From assembly GCA_020722205.1 (NCBI GenBank), contig DYLF01000003.1:3891-67890 (forward strand): 64,000 nucleotides of DNA. Reading direction: 5' to 3'. This stretch comes from Desulfobacca acetoxidans. GTDB taxonomy: Bacteria; Desulfobacterota; Desulfobaccia; Desulfobaccales; 0-14-0-80-60-11. The translations under genes and the position numbers were made by a program. Within the stretch, counting starts at the first letter, position 1. Each line of letters starts with the position of its first letter. Below, in pieces: positions 57,267 through 64,000 of the stretch. A model generated the notes under the pieces. It did no database searches. It saw only the letters and a program-made list of their open reading frames with translations, and had not been told where the DNA came from.

Positions 57267-58571
57267 ATGATCCATGATATTTATCACGAAACTTTACCAC
57301 GGGGCGAGTTGGAGGCTTTACAGCTTAAGCGGTTGCAATCGTTGGTGGAGCGGGTTTATCACTTGGTGCCCTTTTATCGCCGTCGTATGGATGAGGTTGG
57401 GGTGAAGCCCGAGCACATTCAGACGCTGGGCGATTTGGAGCATCTGCCCTTTACCACCAAACAGGACCTCCGGGACAATTATCCCTTCGGCATGTTTGCC
57501 GTGCCGATGGATCATATTGTCCGGTTACATGCCTCTTCCGGGACTACCGGGAAACCCACGCCGGTGGCCTATACTCAGCGCGACCTGGATACCTGGTCGG
57601 AGTTGATGGCGCGCACCCTGGCTGCCGGAGGGGTGCACCGGGGTGATATTGTACACATCGCCTATGGATATGGTCTATTTACGGGGGGTTTGGGCTTTCA
57701 CTATGGGGTGGAGCGCCTGGGTGCGACGGTAATTCCAGTGTCCGGCGGTCAGACCCGCCGACAGATCATGCTGATTAAGGATTTCGGGCCCACAGTGATC
57801 TGCTGTACACCTTCTTTCGCCCTTTACCTGGCCGAAGTGGGTGAAGAACTGGGGCTCAAATTTGCCGACACCCGTCTCAGGGTTGGTTTTTTCGGTGCGG
57901 AGCCCTGGACGGAAACCATACGCCAGGAAATTGAAAGTCGCCTGCACTTGGAAGCCCTGGATATTTACGGCTTGTCGGAAGTCATCGGGCCAGGTGTGGG
58001 TATTGAGTGTCTAGAGATGAAACACGGGCTGCATCTATTTGAGGATCACTTTTTACCTGAAATCATTGATCCGGTGAGCCTGGAGAAGTTGCCGCCGGGC
58101 GACACCGGGGAACTGGTGCTCACCACCCTCACCAAGGAAGCCTTTCCGCTCCTGCGCTATCGCACCCGGGATGTCACGGCCATCGACTATACCCCCTGCC
58201 GGTGCGGCCGCACCTTGGCCCGCATTCAGCGTCTCAAGGGACGGAGCGACGACATGCTTATCATCCGGGGAGTGAACGTCTTCCCCTCCCAGATCGAAGC
58301 GGTGCTCTTGGATATCCCCGGCGTAGCCCCCCATTATCAATTGATTGTTGAACGGGAAGGCCACTTGGACACCCTTGAGGTTATGGTGGAAGTGGATGAG
58401 TCTCTCTTCTCGGACGAGGTCAAGGGGCTGCAGATTCTGGCCCAAAAGATTGAGCGCCAGATTAAGGACTTCCTCACGGTGTCGGTGAAAGTGCGTCTGG
58501 TGGAACCGCGGAGCATTCCTCGCAGCGAGGGTAAGGCGCAACGGGTGATTGATAAGCGTAAGATCGGCTAG
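57267..58571 (+). CDS. paaK: Phenylacetate-CoA ligase family protein
   Basis: '[11 protein letters not shown]', '[19 protein letters not shown]', AMP motif 'SSGTTGKPT' and 'YGLSE'. Confidence 0.85.
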   Translation: MIHDIYHETLPRGELEALQLKRLQSLVERVYHLVPFYRRRMDEVGVKPEHIQTLGDLEHLPFTTKQDLRDNYPFGMFAVPMDHIVRLHASSGTTGKPTPVAYTQRDLDTWSELMARTLAAGGVHRGDIVHIAYGYGLFTGGLGFHYGVERLGATVIPVSGGQTRRQIMLIKDFGPTVICCTPSFALYLAEVGEELGLKFADTRLRVGFFGAEPWTETIRQEIESRLHLEALDIYGLSEVIGPGVGIECLEMKHGLHLFEDHFLPEIIDPVSLEKLPPGDTGELVLTTLTKEAFPLLRYRTRDVTAIDYTPCRCGRTLARIQRLKGRSDDMLIIRGVNVFPSQIEAVLLDIPGVAPHYQLIVEREGHLDTLEVMVEVDESLFSDEVKGLQILAQKIERQIKDFLTVSVKVRLVEPRSIPRSEGKAQRVIDKRKIG

Positions 58572-58628
58572 CAGCGATAAGCAAGTGGCCGGTAGAGGAT
58601 AAAATGTAGGGTAAAAGAGAGGTAATTT

Positions 58629-59060
58629 ATGAAAGTTGAGCAGATTTCAGTATTCCTGGAAAATAAAGCAGGGCGGCTGGCCGAGGTTACGCGGGTCCTG
58701 GGCGAGGCCGGCATCAATATTCGGGCCTTGTCCCTGGCGGACACCACGGATTTCGGGATTCTGCGCCTCATTGTGGACCAGTTTGATACGGCGCGGCAAG
58801 TCCTGAAGGAGAGAGGCTTTACCGTCGGCAAAACGGAGGTGGTGGCCATTGAGGTGCCGGATCGCCCGGGGGGGTTGGCCTCCGTGCTTCAGGTCCTGAG
58901 CGAAGCCGGCATCAACGTAGAGTATATGTACGCCTTTGTTCAGCATAGCGGCAAGAATGCCGTCATCATCTTCCGCTTTGACAATCTGGAGGAGGCGATT
59001 GCTCTGCTCCAAAAAGCCGGCGTGCACATTTACAAGGGAGAAGAGGTTTATAAATTATAG
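58629..59060 (+). CDS. ACT-domain (amino-acid-binding) protein
   Basis: Two ACT-like halves, '[29 protein letters not shown]' and '[29 protein letters not shown]'. Confidence 0.8.
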   Translation: MKVEQISVFLENKAGRLAEVTRVLGEAGINIRALSLADTTDFGILRLIVDQFDTARQVLKERGFTVGKTEVVAIEVPDRPGGLASVLQVLSEAGINVEYMYAFVQHSGKNAVIIFRFDNLEEAIALLQKAGVHIYKGEEVYKL

Positions 59061-59098
59061 AAGGATGAAGTAGACATTCATTATTGGAGGAGGAGGTC

Positions 59099-60259
59099 AT
59101 GAAGGCGAAGATTGTCAGTCGGCTGTTTCTGTCGGTGGTGGCGCTAAGTTTATTGATTTTCGCTGGCGCCAGTGCCTCGGCTAAAGAACCTCTGGTCATT
59201 GGCGGCGTATTCTCGGTCACCGGCACCCACTCTTATTTGGGTGACCCGGAGAAGAAGACCCTGGAAATGATGGTAGCAGAGAGCAACGCCAAAGGGGGTC
59301 TGAAAGGCCAGCCGTTGAAGGTGGTCATTTATGATGACGAAGGGGACCCTACCAAGGCCCGCCTGCAGGCGGAAAAACTTATTCAGAAGGACAAAGCATT
59401 GGCCATCATCGGTCCCAGTCTGACCCCCACTTCCATGGCCATACTGCCAGTCACAAGCAAGGCCAAGGTGCCTTTGATCTCCTGTGCGGCGGGCATCGGC
59501 ATCACCTCCCCGGCCCATGAGCGGCAGTGGGTCTTCAAGACCGCCCAAACCGATCAGATGGCTGTCAGCCGGATTTATCAGTATTTACAAAAAACCGGGA
59601 TCAATAAAGTCGCCATCCTGACGGTGGCCACCGGGTTTGGCATCTCTGGGAAAGAGCAGCTCAATGCGCTGGCGCCGAAGTACGGCATCCAGTTAGTGGC
59701 CCAGGAGGTCTTTGGGGAGAAAGACACGGATATGACGCCGCAGCTCACCAAGATTAGGGGCACTGCGGCTCAAGCGGTGATCTGCTGGGGCACCGGGCCT
59801 GCTCCGGCTTTGGTGGCCAAGAACATGAAACAATTGGGCCTGACCATCCCGCTGGTCCAGAGTCATGGGGCGGCCTCTAAGAAATTCATTGAACTGGCCG
59901 GGGAAGCAGGCGACGGCATCATCATGCCGGCCGGCAAGCTGGTGATTTACAAACTGCTTACTGACACTGATCCCCAGAAGGCCGTTTGTCAGGAATATGA
60001 TAAAAAATACCAAGCCAAATACAGTGCGCCGGCCTCCAGCTTCGGCGGTTATGCCTATGATGCCTGGCGGATGCTGACCCAAGCGGTGGAGAAGGTTGGC
60101 AAGGACCGGGCCAAAATCAGGGGGGCCTTGGAAGGCACCAAGAATTTTGTGGGAGTCAGCGGCATCTTCAACATGAGCCCGGATGACCACAACGGCCTTA
60201 GCCCCGAAGCCTTTGTGATGGTAAAGATTGAGAAGGGTGAGTTCAAGCTGCTGGACTAA
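59099..60259 (+). CDS. ABC transporter substrate-binding protein (Leu/Ile/Val-binding-protein family)
   Basis: Signal peptide, then 'LVIGGVFSVTGTHSYLG' and 'GPSLTPTSMA'. GGAGGAGGAGG RBS. Confidence 0.85.
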   Translation: MKAKIVSRLFLSVVALSLLIFAGASASAKEPLVIGGVFSVTGTHSYLGDPEKKTLEMMVAESNAKGGLKGQPLKVVIYDDEGDPTKARLQAEKLIQKDKALAIIGPSLTPTSMAILPVTSKAKVPLISCAAGIGITSPAHERQWVFKTAQTDQMAVSRIYQYLQKTGINKVAILTVATGFGISGKEQLNALAPKYGIQLVAQEVFGEKDTDMTPQLTKIRGTAAQAVICWGTGPAPALVAKNMKQLGLTIPLVQSHGAASKKFIELAGEAGDGIIMPAGKLVIYKLLTDTDPQKAVCQEYDKKYQAKYSAPASSFGGYAYDAWRMLTQAVEKVGKDRAKIRGALEGTKNFVGVSGIFNMSPDDHNGLSPEAFVMVKIEKGEFKLLD

Positions 60260-60441
60260 GCATGAGCCGATTATCATAACCTTCGCCGGCCGGGGCGGCT
60301 GCCGTCACCTTCAGCCGCGCCCGGCCATGAGTAATCCAAGCTCACTTAGCAGGTTATTGAAAAGGTGCTGTCAGGCCCTAAAACCCCTTCCCCAACCCCA
60401 AATTGGGATATTGGCTGCGCCAAAGGGTAAAAAAATGGCTT

Positions 60442-60476
60442 ATTCTCCCACCCGAAAAAAGGCAGGAGAATTTTTC
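60442..60476 (+). terminator. Weak terminator/attenuator-like hairpin between the binding-protein and permease genes
   Basis: 'attctcc', a 16-nt loop, then 'ggagaat' followed by 'tttt'. The stem is only 7 bp. Confidence 0.25.
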
Positions 60477-60506
60477 AACAGCCTGTAGGGAAGGACTGCG
60501 CGATCT

Positions 60507-61376
60507 TTGAATGTGCTCGCCGACCTGCTGCAATATCTCTTCTCCGGTTTGACCAACGGCGCTATTTTTGCCCTCATTGCCTTAGGTTTTGGGATCATCT
60601 ACAATGCCACCACTATCATCAACTTTGCTCAGGGTGAGATGGTGATGTTGGGGGCCCTCTCGGCTATAAGCTTTTATCATCTGAAGCCCTCTCTGCCCTT
60701 GGCCTTTGTGGGTGGAGTCGCAACAGTCATCGTCGTCGGCCTGGTTTTTGAGCGCTTGGCTTTGCGGCCGGTGCGAGAGCCCACTCCCCTGACGCTCATC
60801 ATTATCACCGTGGGGGGGGCAGTACTCATCAAAGGGTTGGCCATGCTCTATTGGGGCAAGGAGGCTTACAGCCTGCCCTCTTTTAGCGGGGAGGCGCCCT
60901 TGTACCTGGGGACGGCCACTATTCTGCCGCAGAATCTTTGGGTTCTGGGCCTGACGGCCTTATTGGTGGCCGTTTTGGAGGCCTTCTTTCGCTTGACTTT
61001 GGTGGGCAAAGCCATGCGAGCCTGCGCTTATAATGCCCGGGCGGCGCGGTTGGTGGGCATTCCTCCCGGCCGCATGGTACAGCTCTCCTTTGGACTGAGC
61101 GCCGCCCTGGGGGCGGCAGGAGGCATTCTCATTGTACCTCTGACCATGGGCATGTATGACATGGGCACCATGCTCGGCCTCAAGGGTTTTTCCGCCGCCA
61201 TTTTAGGAGGACTGGGCAGCAGTCTGGGGGGAGTACTTGGGGGTCTGTTACTGGGGGTGGCGGAATCTTTGGCCTGTGGCTTGATTTCGTCAGGTTACCG
61301 GGATGCAGTGGCTTTCTTTATTTTGCTGGTGGTGCTGTTTCTCCGGCCGCAGGGGCTTCTGGGAGGACGAGAATAA
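60507..61376 (+). CDS. livH: Branched-chain amino acid ABC permease (LivH type)
   Basis: 'LFSGLTNGAIFALIALGFGIIYN', polytopic. The start is TTG 60507 or GTG 60513. Confidence 0.85.
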   Translation: MNVLADLLQYLFSGLTNGAIFALIALGFGIIYNATTIINFAQGEMVMLGALSAISFYHLKPSLPLAFVGGVATVIVVGLVFERLALRPVREPTPLTLIIITVGGAVLIKGLAMLYWGKEAYSLPSFSGEAPLYLGTATILPQNLWVLGLTALLVAVLEAFFRLTLVGKAMRACAYNARAARLVGIPPGRMVQLSFGLSAALGAAGGILIVPLTMGMYDMGTMLGLKGFSAAILGGLGSSLGGVLGGLLLGVAESLACGLISSGYRDAVAFFILLVVLFLRPQGLLGGRE

Positions 61377-62357
61377 ATGCTGACGGGCTTGCTTAACCGC
61401 TGGCTTCTCTTGGCCCTGACATGTTTGGCCGCGTTGGTAACCATTGACAATGATTATTATTTATCGCTGCTTAATTTTATCGGCATTCACACCCTTCTGG
61501 TGGTGGGGTTGAATCTGCTTATGGGCTATGCGGGCCAGATTTCCTTGGGTCATGCCGCCTTTTACGGTTTGGGGGCTTATACTTCCGGCATCCTTACCAC
61601 CACCTATGGCGTCAACCCCTGGCTGGCCCTACTATTGGGGTTGGCGGTAGGCAGTCTAACCGCCTTTGTGATCGGTATCCCGGCCTTGAAGCTCAGAGGC
61701 TATTATCTGGCGATGGCTACTTTGGGCTTCGGCATCATTGTCTATATTGTGCTCAACGAAGCCCAGAGCTGGACCGGCGGCCCATCCGGGTTGTCCGGTA
61801 TCCCCTCTTTCTCCCTGGCCGGCCTGGCTCTCGACACTCCCCGGCGGCTCTTTGCTCTGATATGGCTCATGGTGGGGCTGATTCTAGCTCTCAGCGCCAA
61901 TCTGGTGGACTCACGCCTCGGCCGGGCCTTAAGGGCCTTACATGACAGCGAAAATGCGGCCGCCTCCCTGGGGGTCAACACCGGTCGCCTGAAGCTAATC
62001 ATCTTTGTCTGGAGCGCCCTTTACGCCGCTTTGGCCGGCAGCCTCTATGCCCACACCCTGAACTTCATCGCACCGGGTTCTTTTGGGTTTATGTTTTCCA
62101 TTAAACTGGTCACCATGGTGGTGGTGGGTGGTATGGCCAGCATTTGGGGCTCTCTTTTGGGGGCCGCCGTCCTGACGATCCTGCCGGAGCTTCTGGTCGT
62201 CTTCCATGACCTGGAAGTAGTTATCTTCGGGGCTATTCTAATGGTGGTGATGATCTTCATGCCCCGGGGGCTGGTGCGCGGTATCCTGGACATCTGGGAA
62301 CAGCAAAAGCGTTGGCGGCAAGGAAGGCTAAGCACTGGTGGCAGAAGTGCTTCTTGA
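61377..62357 (+). CDS. livM: Branched-chain amino acid ABC permease (LivM type)
   Basis: 'GYAGQISLGHAAFYGLGAY'. It starts immediately after the livH stop. Confidence 0.85.
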   Translation: MLTGLLNRWLLLALTCLAALVTIDNDYYLSLLNFIGIHTLLVVGLNLLMGYAGQISLGHAAFYGLGAYTSGILTTTYGVNPWLALLLGLAVGSLTAFVIGIPALKLRGYYLAMATLGFGIIVYIVLNEAQSWTGGPSGLSGIPSFSLAGLALDTPRRLFALIWLMVGLILALSANLVDSRLGRALRALHDSENAAASLGVNTGRLKLIIFVWSALYAALAGSLYAHTLNFIAPGSFGFMFSIKLVTMVVVGGMASIWGSLLGAAVLTILPELLVVFHDLEVVIFGAILMVVMIFMPRGLVRGILDIWEQQKRWRQGRLSTGGRSAS

Positions 62358-63108
62358 CCTGCAGGGGGTGAGCTTGGCCTTTGGGGGTTTGCGGGCGTTG
62401 GAAGGGGTGAGTTTTCAGGTGCCAGGTGGGATCATAAAAGCGGTCATCGGTCCCAACGGGGCCGGCAAAACCACTCTGTTCCATCTGATCACTGGTTTTC
62501 TTACCCCTCAGCAGGGGCGTATTTTTTTCCGCGGGGAAGAGATTCAGGGAAAACCACCTCATGTAATAGCGTCCCGGGGTATCGCCCGCACCTTTCAGTT
62601 AGTGGAACTTTTCGACCACATGACAGTGCTGGAAAATGTCATGGTGGGTAGACACCGCCTGAGCCGGGCAGGGCTGTTGGCCAGCGCCCTGCGTCTTCCC
62701 TGGACCCGCCGGGAAGAGACTGAGATTATGCAGAAAGCCTGGGGGGCATTGGAATTTGTCGGCTTGGCGGATTGGGCCAGGCAGCCGGCCGCCGTGCTGC
62801 CCCTGGGTCTGAAACGCTTGCTTGAAATCGCCCGGGCACTGGCCTCAGAACCTGAGTTGCTCCTCTTGGATGAACCGGCTTCCGGGCTGGACGTTCATGA
62901 AACCGAACGGTTGGGAGAAATGATCTTGGCCCTCAAGGACCAGGGTCTCACCATTATTCTGGTGGAACATGACATGAGTCTTACCATGGAGGTGGCCCAG
63001 GAAATTGCGGTCCTCAACTACGGCAAGCTCATCGCCGAAGGGCCCCCCCGGGCCATCCAGAGGCATCCGGAGGTGATTGCCGCCTATTTAGGAAGCGACT
63101 GGCAGTAA
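62338..63108 (+). CDS. livG: ABC ATP-binding protein (LivG type)
   Basis: 'GPNGAGKTTLFH' and 'LLLLDEPASGLD'. Confidence 0.85.
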   Translation: MAEVLLDLQGVSLAFGGLRALEGVSFQVPGGIIKAVIGPNGAGKTTLFHLITGFLTPQQGRIFFRGEEIQGKPPHVIASRGIARTFQLVELFDHMTVLENVMVGRHRLSRAGLLASALRLPWTRREETEIMQKAWGALEFVGLADWARQPAAVLPLGLKRLLEIARALASEPELLLLDEPASGLDVHETERLGEMILALKDQGLTIILVEHDMSLTMEVAQEIAVLNYGKLIAEGPPRAIQRHPEVIAAYLGSDWQ

Positions 63109-63111
63109 TTC

Positions 63112-63849
63112 ATGTTGAAGATCCGCAATCTTTATGCCTATTATGGTGCAGTTACTGCTTTGAGCGGGGTCACCTGCCACGTTAATGAGGGGGAGATCGT
63201 AACCCTCATTGGTGCCAATGGGGCCGGCAAGACCACTCTACTCAACGCCGTCTGCGGCTTGGTGCGGCATGAGGGGGAGGTGACCTTTGGGGGGCGGTCT
63301 TTGACCGGGATACTCCCCGAAAACTTGGTGGGCCTGGGTATTGCCATGGTGCCGGAAGGCCGCCAGCTTTTTACGCCCATGACGGTGGCGGAGAATCTGG
63401 AACTGGGGGCGTACCGGCGGTATCGGCGGAATGCCAAAGCGGCGATTGCGGAGGACCTGGATCTGGTCTATCAACTTTTTCCCAAGCTTAAGGAGCGGCG
63501 GCAACAAATAGCAGGTACCTTAAGCGGTGGCGAACAACAGATGCTGGCCATCGGCCGCAGCCTCATGGCCAGTCCCCGGCTGTTACTTCTGGATGAACCC
63601 TCCTTGGGTTTGGCCCCTATTGTGGTGGAGGACATCCTGGCCACACTCACAAGGTTACGGCGGGAAGGGGTAACCATCCTGCTGGTGGAGCAGAATGCCC
63701 GAGAAGCCTTGAAGGTGGCAGACCGGGCCTATGTCATGGAGACGGGTCGGATTATTTTGAGTGGCCCCGCCCAAGCTCTACTTAAAGACCGCCAAGTCAC
63801 CCGAGCTTATCTGGGGCGGGATTACAAGGAGTTTACCGAAGGGAGGTAA
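63112..63849 (+). CDS. livF: ABC ATP-binding protein (LivF type)
   Basis: 'GANGAGKTTLL', 'LSGGEQQMLAI' and 'LLLLDEPSLGLAP'. Confidence 0.85.
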   Translation: MLKIRNLYAYYGAVTALSGVTCHVNEGEIVTLIGANGAGKTTLLNAVCGLVRHEGEVTFGGRSLTGILPENLVGLGIAMVPEGRQLFTPMTVAENLELGAYRRYRRNAKAAIAEDLDLVYQLFPKLKERRQQIAGTLSGGEQQMLAIGRSLMASPRLLLLDEPSLGLAPIVVEDILATLTRLRREGVTILLVEQNAREALKVADRAYVMETGRIILSGPAQALLKDRQVTRAYLGRDYKEFTEGR

Positions 63850-63854
63850 GGGTC

Positions 63855-64000
63855 TTGCGTCAGCCCCAAGTCGAGGCCCTGGAGCCGGCAGAGCTGGAAC
63901 TGCTGCAACTGGAGCGGCTGCAAAGTGTGCTCAACCGGGCCTACCGGCAAGTGAAGTTCTACCGTCGCCAATTTGACCGCCTGGGACTACGGCCGGAGGA
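63855..64000 (+). CDS. paaK: Second phenylacetate-CoA ligase family gene, 5' fragment (runs off the window)
   Basis: Hand translation from TTG 63855 gives '..EALEPAELELLQLERLQSVLNRAYRQVKFYRRQFDRLGLRPE', parallel to the N-terminus of the 57267 gene. Confidence 0.55.
   Translation, partial: MRQPQVEALEPAELELLQLERLQSVLNRAYRQVKFYRRQFDRLGLRPE

Overview
GC-rich (not computed), densely coding chromosomal segment with about 60 CDSs on both strands. I found no rRNA, tRNA, CRISPR array, transposase, integrase or recognisable defence genes. The gene content suggests a Gram-negative anaerobe of the sulfate-reducer/syntroph type (Thermodesulfobacteriota, formerly 'Deltaproteobacteria'); this taxonomic guess is inference only. 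Supporting genes are LptF/G, Slp, HU, PPi-dependent PFK, archaeal-type FBP aldolase/phosphatase, PolX, HD-GYP and an MMPL/RND exporter.

Main blocks:
- Fused membrane/spermidine-synthase protein, then ornithine cyclodeaminase-proC, pdxA, GAF-HD-GYP and fabD.
- A minus-strand Liv-type ABC operon (binding protein plus HMGF).
- SP-lyase-like radical SAM gene and an EndoIII-like gene, then PPi-PFK.
- A csp-RRM cold-shock bicistron.
- hisB, the FBP aldolase/phosphatase fusion, an RCK K+ channel and speH.
- TPR lipoprotein / Zn-ribbon / VWA cluster.
- mutM, ade and plsB.
- yjbQ-phoH-pgpH-ybeY-pdxJ-PHP-lptF/G-hup.
- An AT-rich, gene-poor stretch holding one Cys-cluster orphan.
- MMPL plus MlaC-like, cobB, slp, a glycosyltransferase and polX.
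- MoeA-PBP plus a short MetE-like protein, recO, FkbM, PfpI and a wHTH orphan.
- paaK-ACT-LivKHMGF-paaK.

I found no clear multi-gene novel system. The most unusual items are:
1. A single ORF fusing FBP aldolase/phosphatase to a CggR/SorC-type sugar-phosphate-binding domain.
2. A csp-rbp operon whose leader carries a near-consensus promoter followed by a strong intrinsic-terminator-like hairpin.
3. A Cys-cluster orphan in a roughly 1.5 kb AT-rich, low-coding region.
4. A single-domain MetE-like Zn-methyltransferase-fold protein.
5. A 101-nt out-of-frame overlap between pgpH-like and ybeY.

Every functional call rests on motif recognition in the supplied translations. No database search was run.
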